Positions 47,900 to 61,903 of a DNA stretch of 64,000 nt are shown piece after piece. The stretch's first letter is position 1, and the number at the start of each line of letters is the position of its first letter. Both the position numbers and the translations under genes were made by a program. Source of the DNA: Dictyostelium discoideum (lineage: Eukaryota); the NCBI GenBank assembly GCA_000004695.1, contig CM000150.2, forward strand, positions 4,704,001-4,768,000, written 5' to 3'. The notes under the pieces are model-generated. The model searched no databases and was not told the origin of the DNA. It saw nothing but the letters and a program-made list of their open reading frames with translations.

Positions 47900-48333
47900 T
47901 AATTTAAAAAAAAGGCTAATTATGTACCATCATCATCTCCATATAATGCTATAAATAAAGTATTATTTGTTAATTAGTAAAATTAAATAATTTTTTTTAA
48001 AATTTTAAAAAATAAAAATATTAAAAAATACCTACGAATATTTAATAATGAAAGGAAATTAGATTTAATATTATTACTTCTAATTGATAATGATTTTGAT
48101 GATGAGGTTGTTGATACATTTGATTTATTATTGTTTTGAGTTGTTGGTAATGTAAAATTTGGAGAAGATGATGATGTTGTGGAATTATTTGATGAAGAGG
48201 TTGTATTAAATATATTTGACTTGCTTGATGTTGTTGTTGTGGCTGTCGTAAATTTAAAACTACTTTTTATTGTATTTGAAGTTGTTGATGATTTTGCTGT
48301 TCTATATAAGAATCCAAATGTTTTTGAACTCAT
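47900..48333 (-). CDS. Possible small Ser/Thr-rich protein (weak)
   Basis: A minus-strand ORF from the ATG at 48333 reads MSSKTFGFLYRTAKSSTTSNTIKSSFKF...T/S-rich. A possible GTAGGT donor sits near 48010 and a short terminal exon near 47960. It is low complexity and may be spurious. Confidence 0.2.
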
Positions 48334-48653
48334 TTTATTTTTTTTTATTTTTTTTATTTTGATATTTTTAAAAACTTTTTTTTTTTTATATCTTATTATG
48401 AAATTAATCCTTTTTTGTAATTTGGTTTTTTTTTTTTTTTTGTTTTTAAACACACAAACAAATAATCTGATCAAAATTTCAAAAATGAAAAAATAAAAAA
48501 AAAATTAAAAAAAAAAAAAATTAAAAAAAATAAAAAAAAAAATAAAAAAAAACCGATAAACGAGAGTTTTTTCACTTCTTTTTTTTTTTTCAATTTATTT
48601 ACACAAATAAAAAAACAAAACAACAAATCTATTTTTGTTTTTTAAAAATAAAA

Positions 48654-50329
48654 ATGAGTGATAAAACATTTGAAGAATTAGGATTAACAACATGGTTAGT
48701 TGCAAATTGTAAACAATTAGGATTTAAAGCACCATCTAATATTCAAGCTAATACAATTCCAGAGATATTAAAGGGTAGAGATATTATTGCAAGTGCTAAA
48801 ACTGGTAGTGGTAAAACAGCATCATTTGCAATTCCAATTTTAAATCAATTATCAGAAGATCCTTATGGTGTTTTTGCAGTAATTCTTACACCAACAAGAG
48901 AATTGGCAGTTCAAATTGGTGAACAATTTAATGCAATTGGTGCACCAATGAATGTAAATTGTAGTGTTGTTATTGGTGGTATTGATAATGTTACACAGGC
49001 TTTGATCTTGGATAAAAGACCACACATTATTGTTGCAACACCTGGTAGATTAGCATCACATTTAAATAATGGTCTTAAAATTGCATTAAAATTTTGTAAG
49101 TTTTTAGTACTTGATGAAGCTGATAGATTATTAGGTGAAGATTTTGAATTAGAAATTGCTGTAAGTTTAATTTTTTTTTTTTTTTTTTTCAAAATAAAAT
49201 AATATCAATCTCAAATAAATAAATAATAAATAAATAAATAATAATAGTTAATTTTTTATTAATAAATTTTATTATTTTAATTTTAATTTTTTGAAAAAAA
49301 AAAAAAAAGAGTATTTTAGAACATTTACCACCACCAGAAAAAAGACAAACATTATTATTTTCAGCAACAATGACAAAGAATTTAACAAAATTAGATAGTA
49401 TAGCATTAAATAAACCATTTATATTTGAAGATAATTCAAAGTATGATACAGTTGATACATTGAAACAAGAGTATATTTATATGCCAGCACCAACAAAAGA
49501 TTGTTATTTGGTATACATTTTAAAGAAACATGAAGGATCATCAGCAATTGTATTTGTAAATAATTGTTATGCAGTTGAAGCAGTTAAAGGAATGTTAAAT
49601 AAATTGGATATTCCATCGGTTTCATTACATTCATTCCTCGATCAAAAGAGTAGATTAGCAGCATTGAAAACCTTTAAATCTGGAAAAGTGAAAGTATTGG
49701 TGGCAACTGATGTTGCAAGTCGTGGTTTAGATATTCCTGACGTTCAAATCGTTATCAATTATAAATTATCAAACTCTTCAAAAGATTATATTCATCGTGT
49801 TGGTAGAACGGCTAGATTTGGTCGTTCAGGTAGAGCCATTTCATTCATTACACCACATGATGTATCCTTAATTAAAGGCATTGAAGAAATCATTAAAAAA
49901 CAATTGGAACTTTATAAAACTGATGATGATGAAGTATTTAGACATTTAAAAGAAGCTTCAACAGCTAGAAAAATAGTTGAAATACATTTAGATGAAATTG
50001 AATTTGGTGTTAAACAAAAAGAAAGAAGAACTGAAAGAAATGAATTACAAAAACAATTAAAAGAAGTTAATAATAAAGAAAAATTTGAAAATAATAATAA
50101 TGATAATAATAATAATAATAAAACTAAAACAACAAAACCTGAAAATAAAAAAGAAATTACAAAAATACAAGAACAACCATCAAAATCAACAACAACAACA
50201 AAATCAATTGAAAAGAAACCAACAACTATAGAATCTAAGAAAATTGATAAAGATATAAAAAGAAAAGAAAATAATTTTGATGATGGTGAAATAAGTTTAT
50301 TTAAAAAGAAAAAAATAACTAATAAATAA
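48654..50329 (+). CDS. DEAD-box ATP-dependent RNA helicase, DDX49/Dbp8-like (2 exons, intron 49161..49309)
   Basis: The Q-motif region is intact, with AKTGSGKT (motif I), PTRELA, VLDEAD (motif II) and SAT after the splice. Exon 2 begins SILEHLPPPEKRQTLLFSATMT... and carries HRVGRTARFGRSG (motif VI). A K/N-rich C-terminal tail follows. Confidence 0.9.
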
Positions 50330-51269
50330 TATTTTAACTTGTTTATTATTTGAAATTATTATTATTTTTTATTTATTTTTTTTTTTTTATTAAAGTTTTT
50401 TATTTATTTTATAAAATAAAAATAAGAATTTCAAATAGTTGATAGCTTTATTTGTTTTTTTCTTGTCCAGTTAATCATTATCTTTTGGTACATCACAGAA
50501 TCTAACAAATAAATAATTCTAGATTTTATTTTACCCACAATTTCTGGATTTATGAAAATATGAATATATTTGGATTATTTATTATTTCCATCCACAAAAC
50601 CCATATTTTTTGGAAAGTGATGTCAACAGGAAGTGGATAAATTTTCTCTTCACTTGGTCTTTATTTTGTAATTATTAACTTGGATTTAATTCATTTTATT
50701 CATTTATTCCACTAAATTTAAAAAAAAGTGTCTTTGGAAAAACATCATTTTAATTTAGACAGTTACCAAGGTAAAAATTCAGTTGTTGGGAGAAAGAGTT
50801 TAATTAGATTTGGTTTCAGTATATCATCCCCAACAACTAAATTTTTACTTTGGTAATTGCCCTAATTATAATATTATTTCATTTCCACATTTCAGTTTCC
50901 CCTTAATCTAAATTATTTATACAATTGTATAGTTTAATGTCTTTAATCAAATGCAACTATATTCTCATAGTGCTCTATTAATTATGGTGTTGGATTTATA
51001 AATCTATGTAATAAATCCAAAAGAAATTTTATTTTATAAAATACTTTTTTTATTTACCAATTTGTAAATAATTATAATAATACCTTTTGTTTTATTTTTT
51101 AACTTTTTATTTTATTTTTTAAATTTTTTTTTATTTTTTTATTTATTTCTTTTTATATGTTTTTTTTGTTTTTTGTTTTTTGTTTTATTTTATTTTTTTT
51201 TTATTATTTTTTCTTTTTTTGTTTTTAATAAATATTATTTTTTTTTTTTTTTTAATATTTTTTTTTTTT

Positions 51270-53250
51270 TTAATCATCATTTTGTTCAGAATCAGAGGAT
51301 TCATCTTTTTGTTCAATTTCATCTAATGAAATTGAAACATCAGAATAAACTTGAAGTTTGAATGAACGATTAACACTTGGATCAAAAGTTGAAGGAATGA
51401 TAGTGAATTCTCTTGGTGATTCTGGTTTAACATGAAGACGACAAACGATATCATTTCTCTTTTCCCAATTTGAAGTTTTAGTGAAAACCATTTCATTTTG
51501 GAAATCTTGAGCAGTCAATGGTTCAGAATGAGAATCACGAGATAAAACAATGAAACCAATACCTTCATCGGCAATGGTTGAATCTTGAATCAATTGAACG
51601 GCGATGACTTCATCTTTATCAGAGGCAGGTACTTTCAAATGGAATTGTGGATTATTGAAGAAAGTTGGTTGATTTGGAGAACCACCAGCAGATTTACCAA
51701 CCCAAGTACCTTTAACTTGTTCAACCTCTTGGAAAGCGTTTGTTAATGGTTGGAAGGTGGCATTCTTATCATCGGTGAAAAGTGTTAAATGGAAAGCACC
51801 TTCGATACCATGATCATAAGTTGATGGAATGACAATGTATGTACCTTCGTCGAGGGTTAAAGTGCAACCAGTGGAACAAGAGAATTTGAAGGATTCAGTT
51901 TTACCGACTTGTTCTCTGAATTCGATAGCACGTTTACCAGCATCCAATTGTTTGATAACATAAAAACCAACACTCTTATCATTATCATCTTGACTGAGTA
52001 ATACACAAGCTCTAGATTTCTTTGTCAAGGTGAAAGAGTATTGTGGATTCTTTGTCCAACCCAAGATATTGATATCACCACCACCATTGGTAGCGGTGGT
52101 CCAAAGACCATCGACGGTGATTTCATTCCAAGCTTGTTCTTGACTCTTTGGAAGTGCATAGAATTCACAGTTATCCAATTTCTCAGAGTCTAAATTGAAT
52201 TTGTAAGTGCCAGAGAAAGCAAAACTTTCGGCGTATGGGATGATACAATATTGACCTGGCTCTAAATCGATCTTACAATCGACAGAGGTTGCTGGGATTG
52301 GTGAATTGAAACTACTAACTTTTTTGATATCATTGGTGGTATCCAATATAACCTTTTTACTGCCATTGTAGAATGGATCATAGTTGATGACAAAGAAGGA
52401 ACATCTTTGATCGGTGCCTTCTGGTTGTCTGAGTTTCAATGTGATTGGTGTAATTTCATCTTTGATGCTTAAAAGATATTGAGTGCATTTGATCCAATGT
52501 GGATTATTGATTAAGCTACCGAAATTGTTTTCAGAGTTCCATACACCATCCAATACGATACCTTTGAGTACTTCCTTTGGTGGTTCATTCAAAACGAATT
52601 TAATCTCTAAACAAATCTCTGGTGCTGCTTTAACCTTCTTTGCTGGCATAGAAACTGAACGTGGTCTACCTGTAGTTGGTGAGGTTTCTTCGGCTGGGCT
52701 TTCATCTGCTGAATGATGTTGATCTTCGTCACCTTTTTCTTGTGCTTCATCTGGTGAACTTGGTGATGCAGTATTATTATCTTTATTGTTACTATTGGTA
52801 ATATTCTCTTTCTTTACTCTTGAACTTCTTGGTTTCTTATTTGATAATGGGTACCATTTAGCTTCACCATTAGCATGTAATAAATCATTAATTGGAATAG
52901 TTAAAGAACCTGTCATCTTATCTTTAAATAAGAAATTCTTTTTCCATGCTTCAATTTCTAATTCACTTGTTGCTGCTGAAACACGGCTAAAAAAACATAA
53001 ATAAAAAAAAAAAGATATTAATATTTTCTTTTTATTTATTTATTTATTTATTTTAATTTAGTTTTATACATACAATGAAAAGACATCAAAGAAAGTATGG
53101 TTAGCTAATGGTTTAGTTTTAATTTCAGTTTTCTTTAATGCTAATTCACATTTGACATTCAAAAAGTGTAATTGACATCCTTTAACTTCTTTGACTATAT
53201 AAATAATAATAAAAAAAATAAAAAAAAAATTTAAAAGAAAATTAATTATT

Positions 53251-53282
<32 letters not shown>

Positions 53283-53427
53283 ATAAGAAAAAAAAATAAT
53301 AAAAGAAGAAATTACCTTTAACTTCTAAATTACCAAATATGAATTTATCTCTGATATCAGATGATGGTGATGAAGTAGTAGTTGTTGTAGTGGTAGTTGT
53401 TGTGGTTGGTGATTCTGTTGTTAACAT
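51270..53427 (-). CDS. C2-domain protein with three calpain domain-III-like beta-sandwich repeats (3 exons)
   Basis: Exon 1 is 53427..53316 (MLTTESPTTTT...NLEVK). Exon 2 is 53194..53074. Exon 3 is 52986..51270. Donors are GTAATT and GTATGT. A C2-like segment (CQLHFLNVKCELALKKTEIKTKPLANHTFFDVFSFRVS...EAWKKNFLFKDKMTGSLTIPINDLLHANGEAKWYPL) is followed by three repeats of D/KG-W-x6-GG...NPQ(F/Y)...GF(Y/I)V. Confidence 0.8.
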
Positions 53428-53761
53428 TTTATATTATATATATATTATATATTTTTTTAATTCAAAATTTTTTTTTTAATGATAAATTATAATGAGCAGT
53501 GCAATATATAAATGTTTTTTTTTAATTAAAAATTTTTATTAAATTTTTTTTTTTTTTTTTTTATTATCAAATTGGATTTTATAAGAAAAAAAAATAAAAA
53601 AATAAAAATAAATAGGGTATATACAAAAATAAATAAATAATTAAATTAATGAATATTATACAATTAGTTTACAAGGTTGTTAGGAAAAAAAAAAAAAAAA
53701 AATTTTTAATTAAAAAAAAGGTAAAAAATAAAAAAAAATAAAAAAAAAAAAGATTTATTTT

Positions 53762-53805
<44 letters not shown>

Positions 53806-54093
53806 GAATTTGTTCCAATAATAATTTGATGAAAAAATGGGTTCAGTTTCAAAAAAAATTATTTTAAAAAATTATTTGAAAATTGTTTCGTTTATTTTAA
53901 TTTTCATTCATGGTGACAGTTTTTTTTTTTTATTTTTGTTATTTATTTTTTATTTTTTATTTTATTTTTTATTTTTTTTTTTCTTTTTTTGAAAACAATA
54001 CTATAAAACATCTAAACATAAAAATACCACTATTTTTTTTCAGTTGGATTTAAAAATAAATTTATAAATATGCATATGAATAATATAATTATG

Positions 54094-54134
<41 letters not shown>

Positions 54135-54926
54135 GTTATTATTTTTTATTACAAAAATTTTTTATTTTTTACTTTTTTTTCCAATTTTTTTTTTTTTCCA
54201 AATTTTTTTTGATCTTTTTTGTTTTTTTTTTTTTTTTTTTTTTTTTTTCACTTTGCCACACACCTTAAAGTAAGTTAATTAATTAGTTATAAAGATTTTT
54301 AGTGGTTGGATATTTTGATGATGATAAAAATTATTACAGAATAAATTTGTTGAGATAACTTTACAATTCTACATAATACATTTGACTCTGACAGAACATT
54401 CCAAACCTACTTTTTTTTTTTCTGAATTAAAAAAAAAAAAAAAAAAACTAATACTAATTTTTTTTATTTTTTTTCCAAATATAGTTTCTTTTAATACAAT
54501 GAACTCTTTTTTTTTTTTTGGGAAATAAAAATAAATAAAAAATAAATAAAAATTTTTTTTTAAAAAAAAAAAACTTAAGACAGACTATTTTTCTTTTTTT
54601 TTTTTTTTTTTTTTTCTAAATTGTTGTCATTATTGTTTTTAGAAAAAAAAAAAAAAAATATACATTAATTCATTTCCCACCAAAATTGATTTAAATTATT
54701 TCTTGTGGTTTGCTTAACATTTTTTATTTTAAAGAAAATTCCCCTCTTTGAGTTTAAAAATTATTAAAAGACAGAGTTATTTCTTTTTTTTAAATATAGA
54801 TTTTTTTATTTTATTTTATTTTTTTTCTTTTTAAATAAATTGATAAATAAATTATATGATTTTTTTTTTTTTATATTTATTTTTTTTTTTTTTTTTGTTA
54901 TTAAATAAAAATATTTGTATGATTTT

Positions 54927-57900
54927 CTACCAATCAACATTTGATTTTGATTTTGAATCACCATTATAAATACTAATGATTGAATCAGTGGCACCAGCAC
55001 CCATTAAAATATTATAAGGATGAAAAGCGACACATGAGACAGGACCAATTCTTTGACCTAAAAAGCCATCATGATAACGAATGGTACAAACATCTTCACC
55101 AGTGAAATTCATAATTTTAATTCTTTGATTTTGAGAGCCACAAGCAATCAATGGAGCATATTCGTGGACAGAGAAAGAAGAGATGACATCATTATTGTGA
55201 ATAGTGGTTGAAGAGCATTCATAAGAATGTTGCCAAAATTTGATTTCACCTGTACTACTACCAGAGACCACTGTTTTACCACCTAAACTTGCTGGCATTG
55301 AAACGTTTACAATGTAGGATTTATGTTCGGTCAATGTTGAGACACAACTATATTTTCCAGGTATTCTTTGATCGAATAATTTCACTAAACCATCAGAGAA
55401 ACCCGCAGAGAATAAAGGACCTCTCTTTTCATTGGCCATACAAGTTACCACAGATTCCGTACCAATGAAAATATCTTGCACACCTAATTCCCTCTCGACA
55501 TCCCAAATTCTAATCTTTGGAGAGTCTGGAGTTTCACCAGAGACCAAAACCAAACCACTATCACCTTTCCAATCTAAAACGAGACGACCAATTGGATCAT
55601 TACCAGTGGTGGCAAATTCTGGAAAAGCTCTCCAACTTGAAACCATTTTCAATGTATCATTACTCTCGTAGCCTCTCCAAATTCTAACGACACCATCATC
55701 GGCGGCGGTGATAATCATTGACGGATCATAATCATTGACCAATTTCATACTTGTGATACGAGTGCCTGACATATTACAATTGTTAAAAGTATTGATACGT
55801 TGACCATCATCATAGTTCCAAACACTAATATTCTCCAAGCCATCGGAAACCACCAATATATTATCGAATGGATGAAATTGTAAATGAGAGATTGGTTGAC
55901 CATTTGGCTCGGCGAAAATGGTCATTTGTGAGAAAGATTTTGGTGGTTGTTGTATAATATTTTGAACGGCCTCTTTAGACTCTTGAATGATCATTTCATT
56001 TCTTTGACGTTTCCATTTCTTTTCAATACTTTCAAATGATTCGAAATCCTCACCAGTAGATTGCATCATTGGTTTGGAGAAGTAATTACAACTCCATTCA
56101 TAATAGTCTGAATAAAGTTCATCCTCTTCAAATGGCATTGAATCTGATACCATTAAGAAATCGTTTTGTAATGATTGACTGCTTGAATTCATTGATGAGA
56201 TTGATTGTGACATTTTATTTGTTTTATTACCACCTAATCCACTTGAAAGTGATAATGATTGAAAAGTATTTGCCAACTGATTACCTAATCCATTATTATT
56301 ATTTATATTATTATTATTACCATTACCATTATTATTTATATTATTACCATTATTATTTATACTACTATTATTATTATTATTATTATTTATATTACCATTA
56401 TTTATATTATTATTATTTAAATTTAATTGATTACCATTTAAATTTGTACCAACATTATTTGTTGATGAAGTTAAAATTGGTGATCTTTGATTTCCTAATT
56501 TTGTTTTTGTTGGGGATCTTGGATCTCTATTGGTTATACGTGATATATTTACAAATGTATTTCTAATTGAACTATTACTATTATTTAATCCAAATCCACC
56601 ACCACTACTACCTCCTAAATTATTATTACTACTATTTAAATTACTTCCATTCATACTAGCACCTAAATTACCATTACTACTATTTAAGAATCCACTACCA
56701 CTACTATTTAAACCATTCATACTACCATTTAGGTTATTAAAATTGAAATTTGTACGATTGATTAGATTATGTGACATTAATTCTTCCATAGAGAATTTTG
56801 AAGAGATTCTTTTTACAATGGATTGTGCACGATTAGCAACTTGATCGAATGGATCTGTACAAAGGTTTAGAATGATTTTCCAAAGACAACCATACACTGA
56901 TGATTGTGAACCATTACCATAGAGATCACTATTGTTATTTAAATGATCAGCATCTGATATCTTTGGTACGGATGCACGTTTCTTTGATTTTCTTGATTCC
57001 TCTAAACGTTTTGCCTCTAAAACTGCACGAAGTCTTTCCTCTTGTGCAATCTCTTGAGCGACTTGTACAAAGTTACTCTCATAGGAGGAAACGATTCTGG
57101 ATAATGATATAACCAATTCCTTTCTTACCATTGGTGAACAATCTGCAGTGATGACGGCAAGGGTGAGAGCAAGATTTAATTCGATATTAGTTCTTTGTTC
57201 ACTTCCTTCTGCACCACCAATTAACTCACCCAATGCAACGACAGCCGATGCTCTAACCTCTGGTGAGACATCTGTGAGAAGGAGACATAATTTCTCATGG
57301 GCATTCTCTTTGATTGCAGCCCATTTAGCCTCTTCAAAGTTCTCCCACATTTTTGCCATACAAAGTATCATCCATCTACGTACCATTGGATCTGGATCAT
57401 TCAATTGTGATAAACAGATGGGTAGGAGGTTACCAATGAGACATGCATTTTGTCCGGGTCTACAGTTGTTACAAATTGTCGAGAGTACAAAAGCAGACAT
57501 TGTTCTTTGATCGGCTGGAATTTGTGGTGATGATAAGACACTTATGAAATAGGCATGACCATTCTCTTTAACTAAATCCAATTGACAAGATTTATCCAAC
57601 GCCAAAATCTTGGCCCAAATAAACACCAAGATATGACGTAAATCTCCAGCTGGTGATTGTAACAATTTCAAAACATAAGGAAAGATACCAACACAAAGGG
57701 CCAAATTAACAGCCCATGGTCCAAGATCTAAAAATTTACCCAACAATACCAATGCACGTAAACGATGTGCTTGACTCAATAAAACTTGTAATACAATTGG
57801 TAATTGTGCTGGTGGATCTTTATGTTCGGAACCAAATTCCAACCAAACTTCGAATGCTGTCAATTGTTCAGTGAAAAATGGTGATGATTTAAACTCGGCA

Positions 57901-59425
57901 TTTGGATCAGCCAATAGGGTTGGTAATTGAGAGATAACCAAATCAACAGCCAAATCCCAAGCCTGCCACATTGCATGCTGATAGGTTGGTGGTAATCTTG
58001 GACAAGAGATGGGAGTGCAATTTGCCGATCTCATAATTCTCTCTGCCAAAAGATAGTTTCTGAACAATGATGCCACCAATAGATCTTGACGGAATAACTT
58101 TTGAAACAAATGTCTTGGTAATACATTCCATGCAATAGTATCGGTTACAGCAGTGAAAATCCAATTCAATTCACCCAATGGGGTTCTTCTACTACTTAAA
58201 TTACCTGGTATCTTATCGAGCATATCAGCAGTGATACCAGTCAATATTGAATGACTACAAAACCATCTCAAAGCGATTCGAATTGGTGTTGTTAAACATG
58301 CTGTAAACATATCCGCTGGGAAATCTGGATTCATTGGTAAAATTTCATTTGCACTACATGCCGCCAATAAAATACAATCACGTTGATGTGATGATGATGA
58401 ACTACTACCACTTTGATTATTATTTACACTATTACTACTACCCATATTTGGACTATTAGTATTACTATTATTACTTGAATTATTATTTGAATTATTATTA
58501 TTTTGTTGATTATTTCCATTTGTATTTCCATTTGTTGAGTTTGTAGTATTATTTTGATTATTTTGATTACTATTTTGATTATTATTTTGATTATTATTTT
58601 GATTATTACCACTAAATCTTTCTAATTCTTTATCACGTTGTTCAGCAAATTGATTAAACCAATTAATGATTAAACCTGCAGCAGAACAATCGAAAACATA
58701 AATTGATGGTGTACCCATCCAAGTTTGTAATTCATAAATTGATAGGGGAATATATTGAGTGAAATTTCTATTGAATACCCAAATCTCACCATTGGTAGTT
58801 GGTTTAGGAACACCATGACCATTGTAATGAAATAATACACGTTCATCCTTTGCATTTCTACGTAATGATAAACAAAGTTTTTTAACTTCTTCAACTGTTG
58901 GATCCAAACTTTGCTTATATCTTGCTTTCGATTGCCATTTCTCATATTGTGCCTGTAATGTCTTTCCAATCAAATCTAATGCTTTCTGTGGTGGTTGTGT
59001 AGATGGATCAAACCAACATTCCATTCTTGCACAAGGAAATGTTTTAATTACATCTGGTGGATCAACCCCAATATTTAAACATAATACTAAAGCAACACTA
59101 ACAGTTTTCATCTTTTTTTTAAAAAAAAAAAAAGTGTAAGTAATTTAAAAAAAAAAAAAGAAAAGAAAAAAAAAAAAAAAAAAAGAAAAAAAAAATTTTA
59201 AAAAACTAACCTACTCTTTCTCTCATTCTCCATTTTGCAATCTTTGTTTTTTGAACATCAGGTGTTGCATTATCTTTATGTCTTTCTTCACCAAAAAATG
59301 GTTTGTTTTTATTATTGTTGTTATTATATTTCTCTTTTTTCTTTGCTTGTTGGTGAGTATTGCTAATGTTACTAACATTGTTGTGGTTATTAACATTCTC
59401 GTTATTATTATTATTGTTATTATTA

Positions 59426-59463
<38 letters not shown>

Positions 59464-59555
59464 ATTATTTACTCCATTCACATTATTACTATTAATGCTA
59501 TTATGAAGTCCACTTGAATTTGCTAAATTCGAACTACTGAAATTATATGATTTAT

Positions 59556-59559
<4 letters not shown>
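54927..59559 (-). CDS. raptor: Raptor (regulatory-associated protein of TOR, TORC1 subunit) (2 exons, intron 59112..59214)
   Basis: Exon 1 (59559..59215) ends ...KTKIAKWRMRER. Exon 2 (59111..54927) begins MKTVSVALVLCLNIGVDPPDVIKTFPCARMECWFDPS...LFHYNGHGVPKPTTNGEIWVFNRNFTQYIPLSIYELQTWMG. It is near-identical in order to the human Raptor RNC/caspase-like domain. HEAT-like and C-terminal WD40 repeats follow (WNYDDGQ, VSGSSTGEIKFWQ). Large N/Q/S-rich inserts are present. Confidence 0.92.
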
Positions 59560-59608
<49 letters not shown>

Positions 59609-60028
59609 ATTATCTTTCGGTTATCGTATGTATTATTACTAAAAATTTATTCTATAAAATTGAATCTTTAATTGTTTTTTTACTTTTTTTTTTTTTTTTA
59701 TTTTATTATTTTTTTTTTTTTTTTTAAATAACTATAGTTTTATTTTTATTTATTTGTTTATTTTTTTCACTTATTATTTTTTAAATTTAATTATTTATTT
59801 AACCACACCACACAATATGTGTGTTTTGTTTAATTTAAAATATAAATATTACACATAAATTTTAAGTTATATAAAACAAAATAAATAAAAAGAATTGGTT
59901 TTATTTTTAATTTTTATTTTTTTTACTATTTTTTGAGGGTTAAAACTATCTATAAAATTACAAAGGTATCAAAAAAAAAATAAAAAAATAAAAATCAAAA
60001 AAAAATTTTGAAAAAAAAAAAAAAAAAA

Positions 60029-60068
<40 letters not shown>

Positions 60069-60420
60069 ATTTTTTCGAATTTAATTTCATTGGAAGCATT
60101 GCTTCAAAAAAAAAAAAAAAAAAAAAAATACCAAAATAATACTAACTTCAAAATAATTTATTACTGGATCGAATATTTTCAAAAATAACATCTATTCATT
60201 ATTTTGGGGAATATTATTATTATTATTATTATTTTTATTATTTCAATTACTATCATTTTTTTAATTTCCATATTTAACACAATATTGGGAATCCCGCGCA
60301 AAAAAAAAAAAAAAAATATTAATTTTTAATTTTTTTTTTTTTATTCACCCGTTTTATTATTTTTAATTTTTTTTTTTTTAGAAGGAAAGAAGAGATTCAA
60401 ACTAATAACTTATCACAAAC

Positions 60421-61812
60421 ATGGCGGGTGAAAATTATTGCTCAGTTTGTGAAGGTATTATTAGCACAGAGAATGATTTGGCGGTTTGTTATAAATGTAA
60501 AGAAGAGATTTTCCATAAAGCGTGTGGAAAAAAAGTATTTGACTCCCTTAGATGTCTTAATTGTGGACCAATTGAAAAGGTAATTTTTTCATTCACAATA
60601 ATAAATAAATAAATAAATAAATATAAATATATATAATGTTTTTTTTTACTAATAAATAAATATAAATATATATAATGTTTTTTTTTTTTTTTTTCTTTTT
60701 TTTTTTTAAAATTAAAAATTATGTTTTTATATAAATGATAAGAGTAGAGATCATTAAGTCATCAAATAGGAGAGATATCAAAAGGTAAAGCTAAATTAGA
60801 AACAAGAACTAGTAGGTTCACAGGTATAAATGTAACTAAAGAATTTATTGAAAGTGGTGAATATGGAATAAGTAAAGGTGATGATGATGATGATGGTGAT
60901 TATGTTGGTGGTGATGATTCATCAAGCGATGATGAATACTTTGGTAATCCAACAGTCCTAAACAATTATCCAACTACTATGAATGTAATATATAAAATTA
61001 TTTCCAATATTTTTTTTTTTTTTTTTCCTGAACCCCTAAAAAAATACTTATACTAACCTTTTTTTTTTTTTTTTTTTTTTTTTGTATGTAAAAAAGAATG
61101 TTGATTTAAATTTTCCTACATTTTTTTTATTAAATGAAGATATGAAAAAACGAAAACAAAAAATAAAAGAAGATGGAAATAATGAAGAGATTAAAAAAAT
61201 TGAACAAGAAGAAAAAATGATTATTCAAGAGTATCAAAATGAAGAGATTTTAAAATTTTTTGGAGATAGGAGTTGTTTTAAACAAACTCAACTTGCATAT
61301 GAAGCAATGGTTCAATGTTTAAAAGATTTGAAAGAGTCAATTGAACGAATGTTTAAAGTTGTTAGCGTCAAAACTTTAGGTGATATTAGTAGTTTCATAT
61401 CAATGTCGTATCCTAAAAAGAGTTTATTGGATATTAGAGATATAGCATTAGAATTGATTGGTCAATCCATTGATGACAGTATCCATCATATACCAACATC
61501 AATACTTTATACAAGTTCATCATCACCAGAGGTTGCACAATTATTTCAATCGGTTCCATCCAATGTAATGATGAGAATTAAATCACATCAACCATTCAGT
61601 AGTGATATTAGTTCACATTTATGTGAACCACCAACCATAACATTAAATCCTGATTGTTGTAATACATTTAAATCAACCGTTTCAACCATTTGTCATTCAT
61701 TAACCAAAGATTATGATGTCACTAAATTCCCATCACCACATTTTGAAGATTTATCACGTTGGTATTCAAATTATTTCTCAATACCATTAATTCAAGAAGT
61801 TATTGAATTATT

Positions 61813-61903
<91 letters not shown>

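Noticed and set aside
48179-48496. ORF 48179..48496 (+), 105 aa
   Set aside because: It is antisense to the weak S/T-rich minus-strand ORF and is composed of F/L/V low complexity. Neither strand is strongly supported. Only the minus-strand candidate was listed, at low confidence.
55432-57510. Plus-strand ORFs inside the Raptor locus (55432..55671, 56069..56566, 56530..56844, 56900..57112, 57148..57510)
   Set aside because: They are antisense to the 1394-aa Raptor exon, whose homology is unambiguous. Those at 56069..56844 are Tyr/Leu/Pro-rich low-complexity mirror images of its Asn/Gly-rich insert.
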